Below, piece after piece: positions 20,159 through 30,118 of a stretch of DNA of 61,860 nt. Origin of the DNA: an uncultured Alistipes sp. GTDB lineage: Bacteria; Bacteroidota; Bacteroidia; Bacteroidales; Rikenellaceae. Position 1 is the stretch's first letter. Each line of letters opens with the position of its first letter. The stretch lies in NCBI GenBank assembly GCA_902491835.1, contig CABUJP010000001.1, positions 1 through 61,860 on the forward strand. Reading direction: 5' to 3'. A program made the translations under genes and the position numbers. Below the pieces are notes generated by a model. That model ran no database searches, was not told the origin of the DNA, and saw nothing but the letters and a program-made list of their open reading frames with translations.

Positions 20159-20347
20159 AATATTTGGTCGCTATGCTTCGTTTCACTTCATAAAATATTT
20201 CGGGCCTTTCCCCGCTCCGACGGACCGTAGCTTCGCTCCGGTCCGGTCTTCCGATGCTTTTCCCGAAACAGCCTGCCCGGATCGAGCCGCTCCCTGTCGC
20301 CATGCCCGCAGGTCGTCGGGCTTGCGCGAGCCCCTGCGTGCCCTCGG

Positions 20348-22237
20348 TCATCGCCGGGACCGTCCGGACTTCCGCTCCCTTCGGGCACCTTCTTCCCGCA
20401 CCGGCTCTCCGCGCTCGCCCCGATATACGACGCTCATTTCACAGCGGGCGCAATCGAACAGCAGCTCGTACACATGCCGCCCGGACGCCAGAAAAAGGCG
20501 TCCCCGATAGGCCGGGCTCTTCCGGAGACACTGCCCCGTCTCCCGTCTCAGACAATAGCGCGTCCGCATGACGCAGCAACCCTCGGGAATCGGGCCCGCG
20601 TCGAACCCCGGCTCGATCCGACGCACACCGTGCTCGCGGTAGAAGCCGGCGGCCAGCGAATTGACGACGTTTTCCTCGGCGGAAAGCTCCGTATCCGGGA
20701 AAAGAGCCTGAAGATTCTCCTCCCGGCGGGACCGGCGGACATAACATGCCGTCCGCCCGGCATCGAGCCGCGAAAGCGCCTCGCGCCTCAGCTCGTTCAG
20801 CAAAGAAACGGGCACGAAACGGGGCATGTCCCAGCGCACCTCGGTCCGGCATACTTCATAGCTCGTGTCGCCGGTCTTGGCCGTCTGCGCCCGGACCGTC
20901 CGCTCTGCCCGCACCGGATCGCGCGCCTCGTCGAAACGACCGTCGCGCGAGGCCGTCGCCTGCGACGAACCGTCCGAGAACGTTACCGATATCCGGTCCC
21001 GAGTCGCTTCGACGGCCGCCTCGACAGGCAGCGTCCGACGGGATCGGCTGCGCTCCAGCGCCCCCGAGAAACGACGGTCGTAATTGCGGAAAATCGCCGT
21101 CCCGCACCCGATTCCGTCCATGCGGTTCGGATAGACGCGGCCGTCCTCCGTCTGGTTGACATAGGTTCCCCTCAACTCGCCCGTCTCGTCCGCGAAACAG
21201 ATGCCGTCGCCGGGGGCAAGCGCGATCTTTCCGCGCATCCCGAACCACTCCCGACCCGTCGAGACGACCGTCCCGACCGCCTCGCCGAGCGACTTGGGCG
21301 TATCGAGCGAGGCGACCCCGGCCGCCGGTCCGTCCAGAAAATAATGCGTCGAGCCGCGCGAGAAGCTCTTGGCAGGATCGGGCTCGAAATCGAGCGCGAC
21401 ACTCCCCTGCGAGGCCCGTTCCAAATCCGGGCGGCGGGAGAATATTTCATCCAGCCGGCTACGATACCATCCCACGACATTACGCACATAGGCCATATCC
21501 TTCAGCCGCCCCTCGATCTTGAAAGAGCCGACTCCGGCGTCGATCATCTCCTCGAGCCGGTCCGAGAGGTTCAGATCGCGTACCGAAAGCCAGTGCCGGG
21601 CCCGCCCCAGCGAGCGCATCCGGCCGTCGAGCAGTTCGTACGGCAGCCGGCACGCCTGCGAGCAATCGCCTCGGTTGCCGCTGCGGGGCCCCATCGAACG
21701 GCTCATGAAACAACGACCGCTGTAGCAAACGCAGATCGCCCCATGCACGAACGCCTCGATCTCGAGGCCGGGCGCGGCCCCGGCGATCCGCCGTACTTCG
21801 TCGAGCGAGGCCGCCCGCTCCACGATCAGCCTCGTGAAGCCCGCCTCGTACCAAAAGCGGGCGCGGGCCGGGTCCATGTTGAACATCTGCGTCGAGGCGT
21901 GCAACTCGATCGGAGGCAGGTCCATACGCAGAAAAGCGGCATCCTGCACGATCAGCGCGTCGGCTCCGGCCCGGTACACATCGCGGGCGATCCGCTCGGC
22001 CTCGGACAGCTCGCTCTCGTAGACGAGCGTGTTCATCGTAACGAAGACCTTGGCCCCGAAACGGTGGGCGTAATCGCACAGCCGGCCGATCTCGTCGGCC
22101 GGCACGGCCGCGCCGGCCCGCGCGCCGAAAGCCGGCGCGCCGACATACAGCGCGTCGGCTCCGCAGTCGATCGCGGCGCATCCGTGAGCGTAGTCCTTGG
22201 CCGGAGCCAGCAGCTCGACGATCTTCCCTGTGCTCAT
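20348..22237 (-). CDS. U32-family protein with DUF3656-like region (RlhA-type, 23S rRNA hydroxylation)
   Basis: ELLAPA..GADALYVG, HASTQ, FVHGAICVCYSGRC, NRGDCSQACRLPY, FKIEGRLK, MRTRYCLRRETGQC. Confidence 0.85.
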   Translation of the reverse strand: MSTGKIVELLAPAKDYAHGCAAIDCGADALYVGAPAFGARAGAAVPADEIGRLCDYAHRFGAKVFVTMNTLVYESELSEAERIARDVYRAGADALIVQDAAFLRMDLPPIELHASTQMFNMDPARARFWYEAGFTRLIVERAASLDEVRRIAGAAPGLEIEAFVHGAICVCYSGRCFMSRSMGPRSGNRGDCSQACRLPYELLDGRMRSLGRARHWLSVRDLNLSDRLEEMIDAGVGSFKIEGRLKDMAYVRNVVGWYRSRLDEIFSRRPDLERASQGSVALDFEPDPAKSFSRGSTHYFLDGPAAGVASLDTPKSLGEAVGTVVSTGREWFGMRGKIALAPGDGICFADETGELRGTYVNQTEDGRVYPNRMDGIGCGTAIFRNYDRRFSGALERSRSRRTLPVEAAVEATRDRISVTFSDGSSQATASRDGRFDEARDPVRAERTVRAQTAKTGDTSYEVCRTEVRWDMPRFVPVSLLNELRREALSRLDAGRTACYVRRSRREENLQALFPDTELSAEENVVNSLAAGFYREHGVRRIEPGFDAGPIPEGCCVMRTRYCLRRETGQCLRKSPAYRGRLFLASGRHVYELLFDCARCEMSVVYRGERGEPVREEGARRERKSGRSRR

Positions 22238-22503
22238 GGCGCAAAGTTAGCAAACAATCGTCAATTCCGCGTCCCGTCCTCCGACGCCCGGACGGGACGC
22301 CGCCCGGCTCCCGGAAAATATCCGACGCGAAAAACAGCGCCGGGAAAAAACCGGCACAGACCGAGCACGCAGACCACGCCGAAATCCGCAATGCGCCGGT
22401 CCCCGGTCATTTCACGGCACGCATCGCGGAAAGAAACGGCATAATTTTTCTATCTTTGCAGAACTCCCGTTCGGCATGTCCGAACCGAATCCGCACCGCA
22501 TTT

Positions 22504-23847
22504 ATGAAAAGAGGATCATTCGCGAGCCGCTTCGGCACGATCGCCGCCGTCGGAGGCTCGGTTATCGGACTGGGCAACATCTGGCGCTTCCCGTACGTGG
22601 CCGGCGAGAACGGCGGGGCGGCTTTCATTTTGATCTATCTGACGATCAGCTTCCTGATTTCCATTCCGATCATGCTGTCGGAATTCAGTCTGGGTCGCTC
22701 GACCAAACGCAACTCGATGCGCGCGTTCAGCAAGCTGTCCCCGGGCACGAAATGGAAATGGGTGGGCTACATGGGCATTCTCTGCGCTTTCATCATTCTG
22801 TCGTTCTACTGCGTGATCGCCGGCTGGTCGCTCGAGTTTCTCAAGGAATCGGTGCTGAACCGTTTCCACGACCGCACGCCCGAGCAAGTGGCGGCGACGT
22901 TCGACGGCTTCGTCGCCAGCGGCTGGCGACCGATCGCATGGACGCTCGTATTCATCGCGGCTTCGGCTTTCATCGTCTACTCGGGAATCGAAAAGGGTAT
23001 CGAGCGATACAATAAAATCCTGATGCCGATGCTGTTTCTGCTGCTGCTCGGCATGGCTCTCAACGCGCTGACGCTCGACGGCGCGCGCCAGGGGATCGAC
23101 TTTTTGCTGAAGCCCGACTTCAGCAAGATCACCGGAGCGACCGTACTGGAAGCCCTCGGACAATCCTTCTTCTCGATGAGCCTCGGCATGGGCTGCATGA
23201 TCACCTACGGCTCCTATCTGCGCAAGAACGAAAACATGTTCCGCATCGGGGCGATGGTCTCGCTGTCGGACATTACGGTGGCTGTCCTTTCGGGACTGGC
23301 CATTTTCCCCGCCGTCTTCTCGTTCGGCATCTCGCCCACCTCGGGTCCGGAACTGGTTTTCCTGACGCTGCCGAACGTTTTCGCCCAGATAAGCGGGGGC
23401 TATGTGATCTCGGTCGTATTTTTCGTCCTACTGTTCTTGGCCGCGATCACCTCGTCGGTCTCGCTGCTCGAAGTCATCATCGCCTACCTGTCGGAGGAAA
23501 TGCGCATCACGCGGTCGAAAGCCATCGTCTGCACGGCCTGTACCGTAGCCGTGACCGGATCGCTCAGCGCGCTGTCGATGATGCCCGGTTCGGTCCTGAC
23601 TATCGGAGGGAAAAACCTGTTCGACCTGTGCGACAGCCTGTCGTCGAACCTGATGATGCCGCTGGGCGGTCTGTTCATCGTGCTGTTCGCAGGGTGGGTG
23701 CTATCGCCCCGAAAGCTGCGCGACGAAATGACCAGCGGACTGAAATACGGAACCCGCGTCTTCCCGGTCGTCCGGTTCCTGATCCGGTTCGTCATCCCCG
23801 TAGTGATCGGTATCCTGTTCGCCAGCCGGATCGGACTGCTGTTCTAA
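22504..23847 (+). CDS. Sodium-dependent transporter (SNF/NSS family)
   Basis: GSVIGLGNIWRFPYVAGENGGAAF, ALGQSFFSMSLG, GPELVFLTLP. Start reset to ATG 22504; TATCTTTG promoter box at 22451-22458. Confidence 0.92.
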   Translation: MKRGSFASRFGTIAAVGGSVIGLGNIWRFPYVAGENGGAAFILIYLTISFLISIPIMLSEFSLGRSTKRNSMRAFSKLSPGTKWKWVGYMGILCAFIILSFYCVIAGWSLEFLKESVLNRFHDRTPEQVAATFDGFVASGWRPIAWTLVFIAASAFIVYSGIEKGIERYNKILMPMLFLLLLGMALNALTLDGARQGIDFLLKPDFSKITGATVLEALGQSFFSMSLGMGCMITYGSYLRKNENMFRIGAMVSLSDITVAVLSGLAIFPAVFSFGISPTSGPELVFLTLPNVFAQISGGYVISVVFFVLLFLAAITSSVSLLEVIIAYLSEEMRITRSKAIVCTACTVAVTGSLSALSMMPGSVLTIGGKNLFDLCDSLSSNLMMPLGGLFIVLFAGWVLSPRKLRDEMTSGLKYGTRVFPVVRFLIRFVIPVVIGILFASRIGLLF

Positions 23848-23860
23848 AGAAGCCGACCCG

Positions 23861-24613
23861 TCAGCGGATGCGGCGCCGGAACTCGGCCGCTACGACCGCC
23901 GTGGCCATCGCCACGTTCAGCGACTCGGACGTGGGTGTCGCTCCCGGATAGGGCGGGATGAAAAGGCGTCGGGTCACGCAACGGGCCGTCCCGGACGAGA
24001 TGCCGCTCCCTTCGCTGCCCATCACGACGATGCCGCCGGCGGAAAGCCCGGCCCGATAAATATCCTCTCCCTCCAGAAACGTCCCGTACACAGGCGTTCC
24101 CCGCTCCGCCGCACGGGCAAGGAACGGTTCTAGCGCCGCATAGTGCACCCGCACACGGGCAATGGCCCCCATCGTAGCCTGAACGGCTTTCGGCCCGAAA
24201 CAGTCGGCGGTGTTCTCCGAGCAGACGATGTCGCGGATGCCGAACCAGTCGGCCAGCCGGACGATCGTTCCCAGATTGCCGGGGTCCTGCACTCCGTCGA
24301 GCGCGAGCGCCAGATCGTCCGTCCCCGTGCCGGCAGACAGCCGATAGCGGGGCAGCTCGACCAGCGCCAGCACCGGCGTCGGCGTCTTCAGCGCGCTGAT
24401 TCGCTCCATCTCCTTGGGCGACACGCGCTCGGTGTCGACGCTCCCCGCCTCGCTTCGGTCTTCCTCGCCGCAACGGAAAATCTTGCGCACGCGGAATCCC
24501 GAGGCGAGCATCTCGCCCACGAGCTTCTCCCCCTCGGCTACGAACAGGCCGGAGGCGGCACGCTCCTTTTTCGAGGAGAGCGAGCGCACGAAGGCTATTT
24601 CGGACTTGATCAC
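23861..24613 (-). CDS. TrmH/SpoU family RNA methyltransferase
   Basis: FVAEGEKLV, DGVQDPGNLGTIVRLADWFG, VMGSEGSGIS, ESLNVA. Start placed at GTG 24613 (uncertain). Confidence 0.88.
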   Translation of the reverse strand: MIKSEIAFVRSLSSKKERAASGLFVAEGEKLVGEMLASGFRVRKIFRCGEEDRSEAGSVDTERVSPKEMERISALKTPTPVLALVELPRYRLSAGTGTDDLALALDGVQDPGNLGTIVRLADWFGIRDIVCSENTADCFGPKAVQATMGAIARVRVHYAALEPFLARAAERGTPVYGTFLEGEDIYRAGLSAGGIVVMGSEGSGISSGTARCVTRRLFIPPYPGATPTSESLNVAMATAVVAAEFRRRIR

Positions 24614-24892
24614 GGCAATCGGATTATCCCGCCCCGAACGCCGGCGCGGTCCGACAAAGATAGACAAGACGGACCGAATCCCCAAACCGCCGGTCGGTTC
24701 CGATACCCGGATACGAAAGCGCATGCCGCCTTCCGACCGTAGGGCAACGCACCGGAAACGTTTTCCCGCAGGAAACGAGTCCCGGGCATGCCGAATCTCG
24801 CCCCCCCCCAACTCCTACCGCAAGGTCCCGACGGATACGACGGACCCGCGCGGCATACCGGCGACGATCCCCGAAAACTTTCCCGCGACGGC

Positions 24893-24923
24893 TTGCACAA
24901 TCGAAAATCTATCCGTACCTTTG
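24893..24923 (+). promoter_or_regulatory. carAB promoter
   Basis: TTG (24893-24895), 20 nt, TACCTTTG (24916-24923). Confidence 0.65.
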
Positions 24924-24996
24924 CGACTCAGAAACTATTCTGAGCCAGAAGACAGTTTCAGCAAGGGGAAGGCAATCCATAACTTACTGATAAATA

Positions 24997-26085
24997 ATGT
25001 CTGACAAAAAAACCGCCCGTCTGATCCTCGAGGACGGCACCCAATTCGAAGGGTACTCCTTCGGCGCCGAAACGTCCGTTTCGGGCGAAGTCGTCTTCAA
25101 CACAGCCATGACCGGTTATCCCGAAAGCCTGACCGACCCGTCGTACAGCGGTCAGATCCTCGTGTCGACCTATCCGCTGATCGGCAACTACGGAGTTCCG
25201 CAGTTTACGGAGCAGGACGGTTTGCTGCGCTTTTTCGAATCGGACCGCATCCACATCCGCGCTCTGGTCGTCTCCGACTACTCGTTCGAGCACAGCCACT
25301 GGAACGCGAACGAGAGCCTCGGACAGTGGCTCAAGGACAACGGCGTGCCGGGCATCTGGGGCGTGGACACGCGCCGGATCACGAAGATCATCCGCGAGCG
25401 GGGCGTCATGCTCGGCAAGCTCGTGATCGAAGGCTCGCCCGAGCCCGCGGAGTTCGTCGATCCGAACAAGGAGAACCTGGCGGCGCTCGTCAGCACGAAA
25501 CAGGTCGAAACGTACGGGAACGGGAAGTACCGGATCGTACTGGTCGACTGCGGCTGCAAGTACAACATCGTGCGCTGCCTGACGAAGCGGAACGCGACGG
25601 TGATCCGCGTGCCTTGGGACTACGACTTCACGCAGATCGACTACGACGGCGTGATGCTGTCGAACGGCCCCGGCGACCCGCAGCAGTGCGGCGCGACGAT
25701 CGCCAACATCCGCAAGGCGATCGCGCTGGGCAAGCCGATCTTCGGCATCTGTCTGGGCAACCAATTGTTGTCGATCGCGGCCGGAGCGACGACCTTCAAG
25801 CTCAAGTACGGCCACCGCAGCCACAACCAGCCGGCGCTGATGGTAGGCACGGACCGGGCCGTCATCACGTCCCAGAACCACGGCTTCGCCGTCGATACGA
25901 CGACGCTCGACGAGGGCTGGGAGCCTTACTTCGTGAACCTCAACGACGGTACGAGCGAAGGCATCCGGCACCGGACGAAGCCGTTCTTTTCCGTACAGTT
26001 CCATCCCGAAGCCTCGGGAGGTCCGGTCGATACCGAATTCCTGTTTGACGACTTTATCCAAAACATCGAGAAATGCAGAAAATAA
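24997..26085 (+). CDS. carA: Carbamoyl-phosphate synthase small subunit
   Basis: GEVVFNTAMTGY, LTDPSYSGQI, LSNGPGDP, FGICLGNQ, SQNHGFAV, SVQFHPEA. Confidence 0.97.
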   Translation: MSDKKTARLILEDGTQFEGYSFGAETSVSGEVVFNTAMTGYPESLTDPSYSGQILVSTYPLIGNYGVPQFTEQDGLLRFFESDRIHIRALVVSDYSFEHSHWNANESLGQWLKDNGVPGIWGVDTRRITKIIRERGVMLGKLVIEGSPEPAEFVDPNKENLAALVSTKQVETYGNGKYRIVLVDCGCKYNIVRCLTKRNATVIRVPWDYDFTQIDYDGVMLSNGPGDPQQCGATIANIRKAIALGKPIFGICLGNQLLSIAAGATTFKLKYGHRSHNQPALMVGTDRAVITSQNHGFAVDTTTLDEGWEPYFVNLNDGTSEGIRHRTKPFFSVQFHPEASGGPVDTEFLFDDFIQNIEKCRK

Positions 26086-29000
26086 GCAAGGTAGAGAAAG
26101 TGATCCTGCTCGGGTCGGGAGCGCTTAAGATCGGCGAGGCCGGGGAATTCGACTACTCGGGCTCTCAGGCGCTCAAGGCGCTCAAGGAGGAAGGCGTCTA
26201 CACGGTGCTCATCAACCCGAACATCGCTACGATCCAGACTTCGGAAAACATCGCCGACAAGGTTTATTTCCTGCCCGTCACGCCCGAGTACGTCGAGAAG
26301 GTGATCGAGAAAGAGCGCCCGCAGGGCATCCTGCTCGCATTCGGCGGCCAGACGGCCCTGAACTGCGGCGTACAGCTCTACCGCAGCGGCGTGCTCGAAA
26401 AATACGGCGTGCAGGTAATGGGTACGCCCGTACAGGCGATCATCGACACGGAGGACCGGGAGAAGTTCGTCGAGAAACTCGACGAGATCGACGTGAAGAC
26501 GATCAAGAGCGAGGCCGTCACGTCGGTGGCCGAGGCCAAGCGCGTCGCGCACGAACTGGGCTACCCGATCATTATCCGCGCGGCCTATACGCTCGGCGGA
26601 CTCGGGTCGGGCTTCTGCGACAACGACGAGGAGCTGGACACGCTGGCGAACAAGGCGTTCTCGTACTCGCCGCAGATACTCGTCGAAAAGTCGCTCAAGG
26701 GCTGGAAAGAGGTCGAGTACGAGGTCGTGCGCGACCGCTACGACAACTGCATCACGGTCTGCAACATGGAGAACTTCGACCCGCTGGGCATCCACACCGG
26801 CGAGAGCATCGTCGTCGCCCCGTCGCAGACGCTGTCGAACTCCGAATACCACAAGCTGCGCGAGCTGGCGATCAAGATCATCCGCCACATCGGCGTGATC
26901 GGCGAGTGCAACGTGCAGTACGCCCTCGACCCGAACTCGGAAGACTACCGCGTGATCGAGGTCAACGCGCGCCTGAGCCGGTCGTCGGCGCTGGCGTCCA
27001 AGGCCACCGGTTACCCGCTCGCGTTCATCGCCGCGAAGCTCGGTCTCGGCTACGGTCTGCACGAGCTGAAGAACAACGTGACCAAGAGCACGACGGCCTG
27101 CTTCGAGCCGGCGCTCGACTATATCGTCTGCAAAATACCGCGCTGGGACCTGGGCAAGTTCAAGGGCGTCTCGCGCGAGCTGGGATCGAGCATGAAGTCC
27201 GTCGGCGAGGTGATGGCCATCGGCCGCAATTTCGAGGAGGTGATCCAAAAGGGACTGCGGATGATCGGACAGGGCATGCACGGCTTCGTCGCGAACAAGG
27301 AGTTCGAGGTCGACGACATCGACGCCGCGCTCACCCACCCGACCGACAAGCGCATCTTCGTCATCGCGCACGCGCTGAAGAACGGGTACACCGTCGAGCG
27401 CATCCACGAGCTGACGAAGATCGACCGCTGGTTCCTCGAGAAGCTGCAGAACATCATCCGGATCGAGAACGAGCTGGAGCAGCACAACAACATCACCCAT
27501 GTGCCCGACGAGCTGCTGCTCGAGGCCAAACAGCGCGGCTTCTCGGACTTCCAGCTCGCCCGCACGGTAGCCAAGAGCACGGCCAAGAGCATCGATGCCG
27601 ACATGCTCGCGATCCGGAGCTACCGCAAGATGCGCGGCATCACGCCCTACGTCAAGCAGATCGACACGCTGGCGGCCGAGTACCCGGCCATGACGAACTA
27701 CCTGTACGTCACCTACAGCGCCTCGGCGCACGACATCGACTTTCCGCACGACAACCGCTCGGTCATCGTGCTCGGGTCGGGAGCCTACCGCATCGGCAGC
27801 TCGGTCGAGTTCGACTGGTGCAGCGTCAGCGCGCTGAACACGATCCGCCAGCAAGGGCTGCGCTCGGTGATGATCAACTACAATCCCGAGACGGTCTCGA
27901 CCGACTACGACATCTGCGACCGGCTCTACTTCGACGAGCTGACGCTCGAGCGGGTACTGGACATCACCGATCTGGAGATTCCGCGAGGGGTGATCGTCTC
28001 GACCGGCGGGCAGATACCCAATAACCTGGCCATGCGCCTTCAGTCGCAGCACGTGCCGATTCTGGGCACGTCGGCCACCGACATCGACCATGCCGAGGAC
28101 CGGCACAAGTTCTCGGCCATGCTCGACGAGATCGGCGTCGACCAGCCCCGCTGGCGGGAGCTCACGACGCTGGACGACATCTACCGCTTCGTCGACGAGG
28201 TAGGATTCCCCGTGCTGATCCGCCCGAGCTACGTGCTCTCGGGCGCGGCGATGAACGTCGTGTCGAACCGCTCCGAGCTGGAGCACTTCCTGACGCTGGC
28301 GACCAATGTGTCGAAGCAGTATCCGGTCGTCGTCACGGAGTTTATCGAGAACGCCAAGGAGATCGAGATTGACGCGGTGGCCCGCGGCGGCGAGGTGCTG
28401 ATTTACGCCATTTCCGAGCACGTCGAGTTCGCAGGCGTCCACTCGGGCGACGCGACGATGGTGTTCCCGCCGCAGAAGATGTACGTCGAGACGATGCGGC
28501 GCATCAAGAAGATCGCCCGCGAGGTAGCCCGCATGCTCAACATATCGGGCCCGTTCAACATGCAGCTGATGGCCAAGGACAACGAGATCAAGGTCATCGA
28601 GTGCAACCTGCGCGCGTCGCGCAGCTTCCCGTTCGTGTCGAAGGTACTGAAGGTGAACTTCATCGACATAGCGACGAAGATCATGCTCGGCATCGAGCCC
28701 GACGTGCCGCACAAGTCGGCCTTCGAGCTCGACTACGTCGGCATCAAGGCGCCGCAGTTCTCGTTCTCGCGGCTGCAGAAGGCCGACCCGGTGCTGGGCG
28801 TCGAAATGGCGTCTACCGGCGAGGTGGGCTGCATCGGCGAGAACTTCCACGAGGCGATTCTCAAGTCGATGATGTCCGTGGGCTATGCGATCCCGAAGAA
28901 GAACATCCTGCTGTCGACCGGCGACTCGCGCTCGAAGATGGACATGCTGTCGGCCGCCAAAGCGCTTCAGGAGAAGGGCTACAACATCTTCGCGACCAAA

Positions 29001-29297
29001 GGCACGGCCCAGTTCTTGGAAACGAACGGCGTGCACGCGACGGTGCTCCACTGGCCCGACCAGAGCGAGCAGCCCAACACGCTGACCTACATCAAGGAGA
29101 AGAAGATCGATCTGGTGGTCAACATCCCGAAGAACCTGTCGAAGACCGAACTCAGCAACGACTACACGATTCGCCGCAGCGCGATCGACTTCAACATTCC
29201 GCTCATCACGAACGCCCGACTGGCGAGCGCCTTTATCACGGCGTTCTGCAAGCTCGACAAGCAGGACATCAAGATCAAGAGCTGGAACGAATACTAA
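26073..29297 (+). CDS. carB: Carbamoyl-phosphate synthase large subunit
   Basis: GSGALKIGEAGEFDYSGSQA, duplicated ATP-grasp domains, NYNPETVSTDYD, C-terminal MGS-like domain. Confidence 0.97.
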   Translation: MQKISKVEKVILLGSGALKIGEAGEFDYSGSQALKALKEEGVYTVLINPNIATIQTSENIADKVYFLPVTPEYVEKVIEKERPQGILLAFGGQTALNCGVQLYRSGVLEKYGVQVMGTPVQAIIDTEDREKFVEKLDEIDVKTIKSEAVTSVAEAKRVAHELGYPIIIRAAYTLGGLGSGFCDNDEELDTLANKAFSYSPQILVEKSLKGWKEVEYEVVRDRYDNCITVCNMENFDPLGIHTGESIVVAPSQTLSNSEYHKLRELAIKIIRHIGVIGECNVQYALDPNSEDYRVIEVNARLSRSSALASKATGYPLAFIAAKLGLGYGLHELKNNVTKSTTACFEPALDYIVCKIPRWDLGKFKGVSRELGSSMKSVGEVMAIGRNFEEVIQKGLRMIGQGMHGFVANKEFEVDDIDAALTHPTDKRIFVIAHALKNGYTVERIHELTKIDRWFLEKLQNIIRIENELEQHNNITHVPDELLLEAKQRGFSDFQLARTVAKSTAKSIDADMLAIRSYRKMRGITPYVKQIDTLAAEYPAMTNYLYVTYSASAHDIDFPHDNRSVIVLGSGAYRIGSSVEFDWCSVSALNTIRQQGLRSVMINYNPETVSTDYDICDRLYFDELTLERVLDITDLEIPRGVIVSTGGQIPNNLAMRLQSQHVPILGTSATDIDHAEDRHKFSAMLDEIGVDQPRWRELTTLDDIYRFVDEVGFPVLIRPSYVLSGAAMNVVSNRSELEHFLTLATNVSKQYPVVVTEFIENAKEIEIDAVARGGEVLIYAISEHVEFAGVHSGDATMVFPPQKMYVETMRRIKKIAREVARMLNISGPFNMQLMAKDNEIKVIECNLRASRSFPFVSKVLKVNFIDIATKIMLGIEPDVPHKSAFELDYVGIKAPQFSFSRLQKADPVLGVEMASTGEVGCIGENFHEAILKSMMSVGYAIPKKNILLSTGDSRSKMDMLSAAKALQEKGYNIFATKGTAQFLETNGVHATVLHWPDQSEQPNTLTYIKEKKIDLVVNIPKNLSKTELSNDYTIRRSAIDFNIPLITNARLASAFITAFCKLDKQDIKIKSWNEY

Positions 29298-29318
29298 CGG
29301 CCCGAAGCCGGAACAACG

Positions 29319-29352
29319 GAGAATGCGCGGCAGAAAACTGCCGCGCATTCTC
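29319..29352 (+). terminator. Perfect 15-bp hairpin after carB (terminator or transcript-stabilising stem)
   Basis: gagaatgcgcggcag-AAAA-ctgccgcgcattctc, about 20 bp after the stop; U-tract is weak. Confidence 0.6.
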
Positions 29353-29913
29353 GTTCGCACGGCATCATAAGAACAACTCCCCTGCCGAAAGCGGGCTATG
29401 GCGACAGAACCGCGCCGAAAACCCGGAAATCCGGTGCCGCAGGCAATACAAGCAGCCTTCGATCCACCGGCTCGGCTCCCACAGCCGCGCCGGTTCCGAC
29501 AAGCCGTCGTCCCCCCTTGCTCCATGAATCGGCGACCTGTTCCGCCTCCATGCTGCCGGAAACGGAAAGACATCGGGAAAGAACCCTGCGGAGCAGGCTC
29601 AGGAAGGACTTGACAATCGGCGATTTCACAGAACCGACATGCGCGACTCGTCGAAAGCGGCCTGCCGCAAGCATCATCCGCATACGTCCCGTTTCGATTC
29701 CTCTCCCGCCTCCGACGCATAAAACAACAGCCCCAAACACGAAACGTCCGCCAAAACATAAAAATATCGAACGAATTTCATATCTTCGCCTATCCAAACC
29801 AATCCGATAATTGCCTATGAATAGATGACAGCGTGCTAACCGTTAGATTTTCACCGTACCGTCTACGCACGAAAAGCGCCGGTACACACATATAAAAGCG
29901 TTATTTTTATTCT

Positions 29914-30060
29914 GGTCGCTAAAACTTCCACTTTTACAGGACCCCAAGGAATAAAGTTTGACGCTCACGTCCAACGACGTGGGCTTTATTCTGTTATTTG
30001 GGGTACGGGTTGTGGAAGACCTTAGCGACCGAAAACAAAATATTGTCCCACGTTTTTTTA
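29914..30060 (+). ncRNA. Candidate structured cis-regulatory or antisense RNA
   Basis: Five nested complementary segments plus an alternative pairing followed by a T7 run (see findings). Strand not proven. Confidence 0.55.
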
Positions 30061-30118
30061 TGTGTCCGATCATCGTTTGAAATTTCCGCCGAGGGACAGG
30101 CACAACTACCTTATAACC

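Noticed and set aside
25926..29759. 1277-aa minus-strand ORF and similar long ORFs (e.g. 34929-37145, 20474-22444, 5982-8345, 55067-57085)
   Set aside because: Antisense or alternate-frame shadows of real genes caused by high GC3 codon bias; no recognisable motifs.
29817..29895. Small ORF upstream of the structured RNA (possible type I toxin or leader peptide)
   Set aside because: The ATGs give only 3-4 codon ORFs; the longer open frame has no convincing start and is not hydrophobic.
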